This document shows positions 26,104 to 35,271 of a DNA stretch of 35,889 nt, piece by piece. Source of the DNA: an uncultured euryarchaeote (GTDB lineage Archaea > Halobacteriota > Halobacteria > Halobacteriales > Hikarchaeaceae); contig CAWVSO010000001.1 of NCBI GenBank assembly GCA_963932585.1, positions 1 to 35,889 of the forward strand, read 5' to 3'. How positions within the stretch are numbered: the stretch's first letter is position 1; each line of letters opens with the position of its first letter. Position numbers and translations under genes: made by a program. The notes below the pieces were generated by a model. That model did not search any database. It was not told where the DNA came from and saw only the letters and a list, made by a program, of their open reading frames with translations.

Positions 26104-26592
26104 TCAGAACATACTTTCACTTTTTCCATATACTCCAGCAACTATTGAAGTGGAAAAACCAGTCTCATTTGGTTCGGAACTATGTATCTTAATTTTTGTC
26201 TCTCCAAAGTTCCACCCACGCAACTTTTTACAAGCGTCTATCCCCTGAATAAGTTCTTCTCGAACATTATTTTTTGACATCTCCCCTGAAGATTCATAAA
26301 ATATACCTGCATTATCTCCCGTAACCCATGCCAATCCCGACACAGCTCTTTCTCCTTTGACTCCTATTGTAGTCCTCGCTTGTACTACCCATAATCTCCC
26401 TCCAATTGGTCCTAAATCAGGCATTTCTGTAACTAATTTTACTTCTGACCCTTCTGGAATAACTGATGATACACTAACAAGATTATAATTGCATATCCCC
26501 GCATCGTAAAGCGCAGCATCATACGATGAAATTTTAGTTGGCCCATTCCCGCTTCCGCATGTTATTCTTATAGTTGGAGTTTCAGGAAGCAT
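26104..26592 (-). CDS. pdaD: pyruvoyl-dependent arginine decarboxylase
   Basis: GSGNGPTKISSYDAALYDAGICNYNLVSVSSVIP contains the self-cleavage serine context. Length 162 aa. Confidence 0.88.
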   Translation of the reverse strand: MLPETPTIRITCGSGNGPTKISSYDAALYDAGICNYNLVSVSSVIPEGSEVKLVTEMPDLGPIGGRLWVVQARTTIGVKGERAVSGLAWVTGDNAGIFYESSGEMSKNNVREELIQGIDACKKLRGWNFGETKIKIHSSEPNETGFSTSIVAGVYGKSESMF

Positions 26593-26615
26593 TGTTTTGA
26601 TATTTCTCCATCCAT

Positions 26616-28409
26616 CTAATTTATTATTAGTTCCATTTCTGAAAGATATTTTCCATAAACTTCTACAGCATTTTCAATAGGATTTTTAGATCTAAGATCG
26701 ACCCCAGTTTTTTCTAGTAGCTCTAAAGGATGAGCGCTAGATCCTGATTTCAAGAATGAAATATATTTCTCCAATGCTCCATTTTCTTTACTTAAAACCC
26801 CCTTAGAAAGCGCCATAGCTGCAGATAATCCTGTGGCGTATTGATAGACATAGTAGTTATAATAAAAATGCGGTATTCTCATCCACTCTCTCTGTATGTA
26901 ATCATCCATTTTAACTGGCTTATAAAATTCTTCTTTCAATCCTCTATATATTTTGTCTAGTCTGTCTGGTACAAGCGCACCACCATTTTCTACCACTGTA
27001 TGAATTTGATGTTCGAAATCAGCAAACATAGTTTGTCTAAACAAAGTACTTCTAAACCTTTCTATGGCTTCATCTAAAACGTGCAATCTAAAAGATTCAT
27101 CTTTTATTGTTTCTAAAAGATAGTTTGTCAATAAACTTTCATTAAAAATAGAAGCAACCTCTGCAACAAATATTTCATATCCTGAATATATGTACGATTG
27201 TGATTCATTTGTCAATTTAGAATGCATCGAATGACCCAATTCGTGCGCCATAGTAAACATGGATTGTATGTCATTTTGGTAGTTCATAAGTATAAACGGT
27301 TTCGTGTCATATGTTCCTCCGCTATATGCACCTGAATATTTGCCTTTATTTTCATAAACATCAATCCAATTTGATCTAATTCCATTTTCCAATGCCATTT
27401 TATATTTCTGACCTAGCGGCTCAACAGAAGATACTATGTATTTAATCGCTTGTTTATATTCGACATTTGGACTTTCTCCTTGTGCTATGGGGACATACAG
27501 GTCCCACATATTAAGTTTATTCTTTTGCTGACTTTTTCTTTTTAATTCTATATGCCTATAAAGGACATCTAAATTGCTCCTAATAGTGTCTATAAGCATA
27601 TCATATACGTCCGTTGGAATGTTTCCACCATCCATCGCAGCGTTCCTGGAACTCTGGTAATTATGGGCTTTTGAAATCCTAACATCTGCAGTAACACTGT
27701 TCTTTAACATCGCAGCAATAGTGTTGCGAAATTTTCCAAGCTCTCCATAATATTTCTGATACACATCTTCACGAAAATTTTCATTTTTGTCCCTCATAAA
27801 TTTCGTAAAGTTAACCTGTCCAATTTCGATCATTTTACCTTCTTTATTCTTAACTTTAGGAAATGACATGTCGGCATTCATCAATAAGCCATAAATTTCA
27901 TTCGGTGTAGAAAATATCTCTCCCATTTCTGCCAACAAAGATTCAATTTCCGCAGACCTAACATGATCTTTCACACGTATTATTTCTCTTAAATAGTGAT
28001 CGTAGTGTGAAATTTTTTTTCCAGATTCTAGTAGTAATTCTAGCTCCGCAATGCCAATTTTTTGTATCTCAGGCTCAACAAAACTAGTTGCTCCACCCAC
28101 GGCAGATGCTAGCGATCTAGCTTTCGTCAACATAGCTTGATTCTCTTGATTCCTTCTATCCTCATCTGAACTCAACTTGGCATAAGAAATCACTTTCCCA
28201 AATTCTCGCATTACTGTTTCCAATAATTCTAATAACTCTAGAAGTGTTTTCCCATTTTCGCACACCCGTCCTTCATATTCTTTGAAATCCTCCAAACTTT
28301 TATTTATGTTTTCAAATGACTTTTGCCATTCTTCCTCACTAGAATAAATGCTATTCAAATCCCATTTATATTTTTGATCAATTTTTGACCTTTCCTGTGC
28401 CATTTCCAT
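26616..28409 (-). CDS. pepF: oligoendopeptidase F (M3B family)
   Basis: Zinc motif HELGHSMH with a downstream Glu (EIFVAEVAS). The 597-aa length and N-terminal KYKWDL start are typical of PepF. Confidence 0.88.
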   Translation of the reverse strand: MEMAQERSKIDQKYKWDLNSIYSSEEEWQKSFENINKSLEDFKEYEGRVCENGKTLLELLELLETVMREFGKVISYAKLSSDEDRRNQENQAMLTKARSLASAVGGATSFVEPEIQKIGIAELELLLESGKKISHYDHYLREIIRVKDHVRSAEIESLLAEMGEIFSTPNEIYGLLMNADMSFPKVKNKEGKMIEIGQVNFTKFMRDKNENFREDVYQKYYGELGKFRNTIAAMLKNSVTADVRISKAHNYQSSRNAAMDGGNIPTDVYDMLIDTIRSNLDVLYRHIELKRKSQQKNKLNMWDLYVPIAQGESPNVEYKQAIKYIVSSVEPLGQKYKMALENGIRSNWIDVYENKGKYSGAYSGGTYDTKPFILMNYQNDIQSMFTMAHELGHSMHSKLTNESQSYIYSGYEIFVAEVASIFNESLLTNYLLETIKDESFRLHVLDEAIERFRSTLFRQTMFADFEHQIHTVVENGGALVPDRLDKIYRGLKEEFYKPVKMDDYIQREWMRIPHFYYNYYVYQYATGLSAAMALSKGVLSKENGALEKYISFLKSGSSAHPLELLEKTGVDLRSKNPIENAVEVYGKYLSEMELIIN

Positions 28410-28575
28410 AATAATTTTTGCAGCTGCTACCTGTCATTCTTCTTGGCCATGGTTAATGTTTTCTGAAGGGAACAGTTTTATCCATATATCGTAATAAATG
28501 TGAATTTATACCTAATATTTCTAACCCATTCAGATTAGGAAACTTTATGCATTCTAAATCACACCGCTAATTCGT

Positions 28576-29436
28576 ATGTTCGAGTTCGACGTCGAATCAT
28601 TTGATTTCAGAAAATATTCTAACAGGCAGCTTATCTGTATACCTCTTACGCTAATGTTACTTTCAGTTTTAATTTTAAGCGGATGGTATTTTTTCACAGG
28701 ATCCCCCGTAAACCCGGGAATTGAATTTACTGGCGGCGCAGAACTTCTGTTAATTTCTGATAATGGTATAGAGCCAGTCAGAACCACTTTTGGGTCTTCA
28801 TCCCATTCAATACGATCTATAGTCACTCGCGAAAATGCTTATATAGTAAATTTTCAAACATCTATCACCAATCCAGAACAGCTAGAATCAATGGCAACAG
28901 ATTCCGGATTCGAGGTATTATCTGTTCAAAGTACTTCTCCTAGCTTCGGAGCAGAAACACAAAAACTCGCTCTTATTGGATTAGCAGCAGCTTTTATTGG
29001 AATGGCAGCTGTAGTTTTCATTCTCTTTAGGAAGGTAGTCCCTTCTGTTGCAGTAGTCCTTTCAGCACTTGGAGATATTTTAGTACCTCTTGCTATCATG
29101 AACTTACTTGGGATCCAACTTTCTTTAGGTACCTTAGCCGCTCTTTTGATGCTAATCGGGTACAGCGTTGATTCCGATATATTACTTACTAATCATATTT
29201 TAAAACGCAAAGGTAATTTTTATGATTCGGTATATAGGGCAATGAAAACAGGTTTAACAATGACATTAACATCATTCTCAGCTATCATGGTCATGACCAT
29301 TGCGGCATTCCTATTTGGTGTGGATCTACTCACATCAATAGGGATAGTTTTGATCTTTGGTCTTATAGTTGATATTATCAATACCTATCTACTGAATGTA
29401 AGTCTATTACGTTGGTATGTTGGAGGAAAACAATGA
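28576..29436 (+). CDS. secF: protein-export membrane protein SecF
   Basis: GIEFTGGAELL periplasmic-domain start followed by six TM segments with the RND-like pattern GYSVDSDILL. Length 286 aa. Confidence 0.88.
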   Translation: MFEFDVESFDFRKYSNRQLICIPLTLMLLSVLILSGWYFFTGSPVNPGIEFTGGAELLLISDNGIEPVRTTFGSSSHSIRSIVTRENAYIVNFQTSITNPEQLESMATDSGFEVLSVQSTSPSFGAETQKLALIGLAAAFIGMAAVVFILFRKVVPSVAVVLSALGDILVPLAIMNLLGIQLSLGTLAALLMLIGYSVDSDILLTNHILKRKGNFYDSVYRAMKTGLTMTLTSFSAIMVMTIAAFLFGVDLLTSIGIVLIFGLIVDIINTYLLNVSLLRWYVGGKQ

Positions 29437-30965
29437 AACTTCGCCAATTTTGGCGTGTAATAGTTCTAATATTACTCCTAGTTCTCAGCGTCATTCTACT
29501 AGTTCCCTCTGGACCCACTTCAATCGACTCTTCGGATAATAGTTTGGATCTAAACTATGGTTTGGACCTTTCTGGAGGGACGCGCCTTAGAGCTCCTCTT
29601 TTAGGATACACAGCAGAACAAGTAGATTTCACTCATCGAACCGAGGTTGAAATAGAAGAAAGTTTAGTTGACTATTTTGGATTTTTGTCCAGAAGCGATG
29701 TAGACGCAACTTTAGGCCAAGGCGGGGTGGGCACAATAGAAATATTTTCTGATATATCCGAAACAGATTTCCAATTGGCACTAAACCATCTCAATTTGAA
29801 CCATGATGATATCATTCAAGGTGTAACTTCCCAAACCCGTCAAACAACAATTGAAGTCCTAAATAAAAAATTCGATGAATCTGGATTGTCTGGGGCAACA
29901 GTGCAGCAATCTATTACCCCAAACGGACAATATTTCATCGTAATTGAAGTGCCCAATTACAATAGTTCTCAAGTCAGAAAACTAGTCGAAAAAAGAGGAT
30001 CTGTAGAGGTAATCGCAAATTTCCCCGATGCAACTGGAGGCAACAAAAATATAGTTGCCTTGACACAATCTGATATAGCTACAGTGGGAACCGTTCAAGA
30101 ACCCAATCTTTCCATTAGTTCCTACTACGTCCCTGTAACTTTAACCGAATCTGGGGCTATAAATTTCCAAAACACATTGCATTCAAATGGTTTCACATCG
30201 GCCAACGGAGTAAATTCATGTACTTCTTCTTTGCCCCCTGAATTGCGGTATTGCATAAATACAATTCTAGATGGCGACATAGTTTATTCAGCTTCTCTAG
30301 CCCCTGGACTGGCACAAACAATAACCGCCGGAGATTTAGCTAATAGTAAAAATTTCGTTATGACTTCTACCAATCAAAGTGGTGCAAAGCTTTTACGCTT
30401 ACATCTACGGGCTGGGGCATTACCTGCGCCTCTAGATTTAGATTCTGGCACTATTGATTTCGTTTCTCCTAGCTTGGCAGATAATTTCAAACTTTACTCA
30501 CTTCTTATTGGAATACTTTCAATATTCGCTGTTGCGGCTGTTGTTTTTCTCCGCTATGGCAAGGTAAAAGTGGCCCTTCCAATGGTGGTAACTGCACTTT
30601 CAGAAGTTGTTATTTTACTTGGTTTTTCTTCAGCAATAGGACTGGCTTTAGATCTATCTCATATAGCTGGGTTCATAGCAGTAATTGGTACTGGTGTAGA
30701 TGATCTAATAATCATAGCAGATGAAGTGATGTCTGGTGGAGATATTTCCTCAAAAAGAATATTCCAAAACCGCTTTAAAACTGCGTTTTGGATTATCGGC
30801 GCTGCAGCATTAACAACAATAGCTGCGCTAAGTCCTCTTGCAATTCTCTCCCTTGGAGATCTGCGTGGATTTGCTATAATAACTATTCTAGGTGTATTGC
30901 TTGGTGTACTCATAACCCGACCTGCTTATGGGGATATTTTGAGATTTCTACTTAATTTAAAATAA
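29433..30965 (+). CDS. secD: protein-export membrane protein SecD
   Basis: MKLRQFWRVIVLILLL signal-anchor, GLDLSGGTRL motif and a C-terminal six-TM block with GTGVDDLIIIADE. I prefer the ATG at 29433, which overlaps the secF stop (ATGA), over the track start at 29412. Confidence 0.88.
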   Translation: MKLRQFWRVIVLILLLVLSVILLVPSGPTSIDSSDNSLDLNYGLDLSGGTRLRAPLLGYTAEQVDFTHRTEVEIEESLVDYFGFLSRSDVDATLGQGGVGTIEIFSDISETDFQLALNHLNLNHDDIIQGVTSQTRQTTIEVLNKKFDESGLSGATVQQSITPNGQYFIVIEVPNYNSSQVRKLVEKRGSVEVIANFPDATGGNKNIVALTQSDIATVGTVQEPNLSISSYYVPVTLTESGAINFQNTLHSNGFTSANGVNSCTSSLPPELRYCINTILDGDIVYSASLAPGLAQTITAGDLANSKNFVMTSTNQSGAKLLRLHLRAGALPAPLDLDSGTIDFVSPSLADNFKLYSLLIGILSIFAVAAVVFLRYGKVKVALPMVVTALSEVVILLGFSSAIGLALDLSHIAGFIAVIGTGVDDLIIIADEVMSGGDISSKRIFQNRFKTAFWIIGAAALTTIAALSPLAILSLGDLRGFAIITILGVLLGVLITRPAYGDILRFLLNLK

Positions 30966-30997
30966 CTTTATGCATATTCAACAAACGAGTTTTATGT

Positions 30998-31642
30998 CTA
31001 ATATTCTCCAATTGTTTTTTGAGAATGCCGATTCAATAAATTTTTACTAGTCTTCCAAGATAATCTTGCACATTCTGGCAATTTCCCATTATCCTCTAAA
31101 TATTTCTTTAGAAAGCTTTGCGTTCTCACATCAGCTGGATATCCGCTTCCAATTTCTCCCAAATTTCTTGCAAGATTGGATACATGGGCATCTCTTTCAA
31201 CCTTTGCTATTATACTCGCAGCACTAACAATCGGATATTTTTCATCAGCTTTGTGTTCTGAAAATATTTGAACTTCTACATCTAATTCTCTACCTATTTT
31301 CTCACCAAATCTTTTCGCATTAACATCCGCTGCATCTAGATAAATTTTATCTCCTTCTTTAACTATCTGGGAAATAGCTCTCGCATGTCCCATAGCTGTT
31401 AAATTATTCATGTTAGAACCTACCATGTCAATTTCTTCTACTTTTATCTCTTCTATTCCTATTGAACAGTTTTCTAGTTTATTTATAATATTCGCTATTT
31501 TCTCTCTTTGTTTCTTTGTAAGCTTTTTTGAGTCTACTGCCGAATCAGGTACCATACCTTCCGATGAAATCCGAACAGCAGCAACAAACATAGATCCCAA
31601 TACTGGGCCCTTTCCGGCTTCGTCAACTCCAATTATTCCCAT
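30998..31642 (-). CDS. rnhB: ribonuclease HII
   Basis: GVDEAGKGPVLGSMFVAA, DSKKLT and DAADV catalytic motifs. Length 214 aa. The start codon shares one base with the pus10 stop (TAATG on the minus strand, 31640-31644). Confidence 0.9.
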   Translation of the reverse strand: MGIIGVDEAGKGPVLGSMFVAAVRISSEGMVPDSAVDSKKLTKKQREKIANIINKLENCSIGIEEIKVEEIDMVGSNMNNLTAMGHARAISQIVKEGDKIYLDAADVNAKRFGEKIGRELDVEVQIFSEHKADEKYPIVSAASIIAKVERDAHVSNLARNLGEIGSGYPADVRTQSFLKKYLEDNGKLPECARLSWKTSKNLLNRHSQKTIGEY

Positions 31643-32940
31643 TACTCTTCTCCAATATATTCAAGCATGTATTCTGGCACAATGAAATCTTGATCTTCTG
31701 CTATTACAGAAGTCACATCTAAACTTTCAACACACGCCTCAACTCCAATTAATTCTGACAAACTAGGCCTGGTTTTTCTTCCATCTCCACTAACTAGTTC
31801 TTTGATATACAATCCCTTTTCACCATGAATTTCTACCACAGCTTCAGTTTCAGATTCTAAATTTCCACTTGCAGAATATACTTTTCTTAATCTCATTTTG
31901 TTTGCTCTGCGATGGGCCACTCTAGTCGGGGTAATTTGTTCAATTTCTATGTCATTCAAATTTTCAATAGCATTTTCGAATAAGCTTAATTCAACAGGGC
32001 TAGAAAATTTAACCCTAGCACGATATGTTTTGGCAGCAGGCAATTCTTTTATATGTGCCACCATTTTTTTACTAACAAATCCCTGCAATTCGACTTCAAC
32101 TTTACCTATGGTTTTCTGGTTTACTTCAATTTCCAATTGCTTAATGTCCATAAAACGTCTATTTGGGAATTTTATCTCCATAACAAATGGTCTGCCATTT
32201 CCCAACATTTTAGCATCTATATCTTCTCTCCCTGCGCCATGAAATACACAGTCTTTCCCCTGCATCAAAACAACCATTCTATCCGCTATCAATTCTTGTA
32301 CGCTTTCTTCATACTGTTTCCCAGACCCATTACATTCTTTACACAAAATTCCATCTGCCATTTCTCCACTTCCTTTGCATTTGCCACATGGCCATCTAGT
32401 TTGGGGTATTCCCCTAATCATTTTTCTATATCTGCCATAAATAAATATTGGATTCACTTGGATGTCCACAGATCTAGTTGAAATATTTAACATTGCCATT
32501 ACATCTGGACTATTAGCTTCAAATCTTTTTCCTGTTTTATCCCCCACACGTTTACCAACTTCTCGATTCATTTCGGTTTTAAGAGACTCACCACAATCTA
32601 TGTCTTCTCCTATAATTTCCCTAAGTAGTTTTCCATTTTCTTCTAACAGGGGTGACATAAAACTTCCAATCTTGTATGTTTCAAATTCAATTCCATTAAG
32701 ATTCTTCGTAACTAAATCTGCCCAATCATCAAATAGAAAACTCTCTCCCAAACAAATCCAACAATCCATTTCAGTCTTAATAGTTTCTTTATTTTCCATG
32801 GCATAAACTACTTTCCAAGATCTCCCCCTTTCACAATTAGTCAACCCATGACCTTCATTTGCAAAAATCTGTCCTAGACACGAATCACATATTTCTCCTT
32901 GTTCCAATATCTTCTGAACTTTTTCAAACAACACCATCAT
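31642..32940 (-). CDS. pus10: tRNA pseudouridine(54/55) synthase Pus10
   Basis: N-terminal zinc module CDSCLGQIF...CWIC, THUMP-like middle region, IYGRYRKMIRGIPQTRWPCGKCKGSG and catalytic region GREDIDAKMLGNGRPF. Length 432 aa. Confidence 0.88.
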   Translation of the reverse strand: MMVLFEKVQKILEQGEICDSCLGQIFANEGHGLTNCERGRSWKVVYAMENKETIKTEMDCWICLGESFLFDDWADLVTKNLNGIEFETYKIGSFMSPLLEENGKLLREIIGEDIDCGESLKTEMNREVGKRVGDKTGKRFEANSPDVMAMLNISTRSVDIQVNPIFIYGRYRKMIRGIPQTRWPCGKCKGSGEMADGILCKECNGSGKQYEESVQELIADRMVVLMQGKDCVFHGAGREDIDAKMLGNGRPFVMEIKFPNRRFMDIKQLEIEVNQKTIGKVEVELQGFVSKKMVAHIKELPAAKTYRARVKFSSPVELSLFENAIENLNDIEIEQITPTRVAHRRANKMRLRKVYSASGNLESETEAVVEIHGEKGLYIKELVSGDGRKTRPSLSELIGVEACVESLDVTSVIAEDQDFIVPEYMLEYIGEE

Positions 32941-33066
32941 ATGTATGAACTATATTCCATAAAACTTAAATAACTTGACATGCGCCCGAGACTACTTTTT
33001 CATGATTTCAAACATCATCTATCACAACAACGATGAAGATTTACCCCTTGTGAAAAAAAGAATCTC

Positions 33067-33660
33067 ATGCGACAATTTGTAATAGTAAGTCACACTGCAA
33101 CCACAAAACCTATTTTTTCTTTGAATGACTTACCTGGCGAGGCAGGGAGAATGGATATTCTTTGTCGCTGTGTTGGGGCATCATTTCTAATTTCTCACTC
33201 CTTGAGAACTGAAGTTAGGGTGTACCTTGTACTACAAAATAAAGTCACAATTAGGTTTGAAGGAACTGAACTCCGGTATGTCAGACCAGATGAACGGTGC
33301 ATAGCGGCGTTAATAAAAAAAGCACTTCAAAAAGCAGAAAATGCAGTTGGGCATATAGAACTAGAAAGTACACCTGGAATTTATATTTCTAAAATGGGTC
33401 TAAATCCATTACTAAATTCTATCTCTCCAAGCGGCACAGTGATACATTTGCATGAAAATGGAATTTCATCTCAAAAATCAGAACTACCTCTGAATCCCAT
33501 ATTTGTCCTTTCGGATCATCACAATTTTCTACCTTCTGAAATAGATATATTGAATCAATATTCTCAAAAAACAATAAACATCGGTCCTATGGTTATACAC
33601 ACAGACCATGCTATAACCATCGTCCATAATTTACTTGATATACAAAATAATCATTCATAG
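33067..33660 (+). CDS. trmY: tRNA (pseudouridine54-N1)-methyltransferase TrmY (SPOUT, DUF358)
   Basis: Family pattern LNDLPGEAGRMDILCRCVGASFLISHSLR..VRVYLVL, IRFEGTEL, PDERCIAALIKKAL, PGIYIS, FVLSDHHNF, IGP and ITIVHNLLD. Length 197 aa. Confidence 0.85.
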   Translation: MRQFVIVSHTATTKPIFSLNDLPGEAGRMDILCRCVGASFLISHSLRTEVRVYLVLQNKVTIRFEGTELRYVRPDERCIAALIKKALQKAENAVGHIELESTPGIYISKMGLNPLLNSISPSGTVIHLHENGISSQKSELPLNPIFVLSDHHNFLPSEIDILNQYSQKTINIGPMVIHTDHAITIVHNLLDIQNNHS

Positions 33661-33711
33661 TTTTATTTCCAAACTAGTAACTATAATCTATATGGGGGAC
33701 ATTATCTGTGC

Positions 33712-35028
33712 ATGGACAGTTCACACTCCGATCATTCTTCTCGTGCGAGAGAAGTGCTAGGTTTCGAAATTTTCGGCAGGAAATATTTCTCCTCCCGCTG
33801 GTGGCAGATAGCAGCTGCAGCTCTTATGATGGGTCTAGTCAGCCCGTATCAGTATGTTTGGTCATCCATTGAAGGTCCTATGGCCGAGAATCTAGGAATA
33901 CCTCTTAACGTTTTAGGTGCCGTTTTCACCCTTTTTGTAATATTTCAAGCCGGATCTCAATTTCCTGTTGGTTGGTGGAGAGATAGATATGGTCCTAGAA
34001 AATTAACTCTTTTAGCCGGATTTCTTGCTGGTGGGGGTTATATAGGGATATCCCAAGCAACTGAAGTGTGGCAATTATACCTTCTGTATTCTCTTGGGGC
34101 TATAGGCGTTGGAATAGTATACACAGTTGCAGTAAACACTGCATTAAAATGGTTTCCAGACCGTAAAGGGCTTACAACAGGAATTGGAACTATGGCATTT
34201 GCCGGGGGGAGTGCCTTTTTCATCCCATATGTCCGAGTAAACGCAACCGCTGCAGGATATCCGGACGTTCTTCAAAACATGGGTGTTCTAATTCTAGTTG
34301 GAGTAATAATCGGTGCATTATTTCTTCGCGATCCCCCCCGAGATTGGTTCAATAACACAACAATCAAATCTTCAGTTTCCAAAAAAACATCGGCCAAAAC
34401 GTCCAAAATTATTTCCGAGTTCACCTCAAGTGAAATGATAAAAACTTGGCAATTTTGGGTGATGTATTTAATGTTCGTCGCTGTAAGTGGGGCAGGTCTG
34501 ACTTTAACAGCAAAAGTAGTCGCACTAGGTGACAGCTTAGCTTTAACTGCCACAGCAGTAACTGCAGCAGCCACCGTTCTGCCCATAGCAGGAGGCACAG
34601 GAAGATTAGTGGTGGGGTATATATCAGATGACAAAATACCTGGAATCAACATAGGGTTCAATCGCGAACGCGCAATGGCTCTTTCATTTTCTTTGTGCGG
34701 ATTAGGCCTAGTAGGTACTCTTTATTTCGGTAATTTAGGAAATAGTATTGGGTTTATTGCATCTGTATTCATTGCTACTTTCTTCTGGAGTCCTCAGTAT
34801 ACTTTGTTCCCTAGTGTCATAGCAGATTATTATGGTTCATTAAACTCTTCTGCCAATTATGCACTCCTTTATTCTGGTAAGGTATGGGGTGGAATTTTTG
34901 GTGGAACTGTTGCAGGGTCATTAGTAATCATGACCGGGTATACCACTACATTTCTAATCGCTGCAGGCTTGGCACTTTTCGCCGGTGGGATTTCGCTTTT
35001 CATCCGTCCGCCTTCTAAATCTTCTTAA
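33712..35028 (+). CDS. MFS transporter, oxalate/formate antiporter (OFA)-like
   Basis: Twelve predicted TM segments with a central hydrophilic loop and MFS loop motif GWWRDRYGPRK. Substrate unknown. Confidence 0.8.
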   Translation: MDSSHSDHSSRAREVLGFEIFGRKYFSSRWWQIAAAALMMGLVSPYQYVWSSIEGPMAENLGIPLNVLGAVFTLFVIFQAGSQFPVGWWRDRYGPRKLTLLAGFLAGGGYIGISQATEVWQLYLLYSLGAIGVGIVYTVAVNTALKWFPDRKGLTTGIGTMAFAGGSAFFIPYVRVNATAAGYPDVLQNMGVLILVGVIIGALFLRDPPRDWFNNTTIKSSVSKKTSAKTSKIISEFTSSEMIKTWQFWVMYLMFVAVSGAGLTLTAKVVALGDSLALTATAVTAAATVLPIAGGTGRLVVGYISDDKIPGINIGFNRERAMALSFSLCGLGLVGTLYFGNLGNSIGFIASVFIATFFWSPQYTLFPSVIADYYGSLNSSANYALLYSGKVWGGIFGGTVAGSLVIMTGYTTTFLIAAGLALFAGGISLFIRPPSKSS

Positions 35029-35072
35029 ACTATCTCTCGGTATTATATCTTCAAACGATAAATTTTAAACTC

Positions 35073-35210
35073 ATGGGTGCATCCAATCCATAGTAGTCTG
35101 AGCCGTTGGGACAGTCAGGTACAAACCCAACAAAAATGGGTGCTTCAGTCAGGTGCACTTCGGTTTTTCGACTGCCATAACAACAGTTTAAAACCCGAGT
35201 CAGTCAAATA
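35073..35210 (+). promoter_or_regulatory. candidate structured leader/regulatory RNA or operator array (repeated CAGTCAGGT in hairpin loops)
   Basis: CAGTCAGGT at 35112-35120 and 35146-35154, with a degenerate copy at 35197-35206. Stems are GTTGGG/CCCAAC (35105-10/35126-31) and GTGC/GCAC (35140-43/35155-58). Complementary CGACTGCC lies at 35169-35176, and duplicated ATGGGTGC at 35073 and 35136. I could not assign it to a known RNA family. Confidence 0.3.
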
Positions 35211-35271
35211 GTGCCTCTAATAACTTAACAAATGATTTATGTAACGCTATTCCATACTTGTCTTCAAGATA

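Noticed and set aside
35073-35135. Possible TPP (GGGTGC ... CTGAG) or cobalamin (AGTCAGG, B12-box-like) riboswitch
   Set aside because: Only short fragments of the consensus are present. The segment between GGGTGC and CTGAG is not helical, and the ACCTGATCTGGATAATGCCAGCG-type element (TPP) or the GCCACTG-type core (cobalamin) is absent. I kept it as an unclassified candidate element instead.
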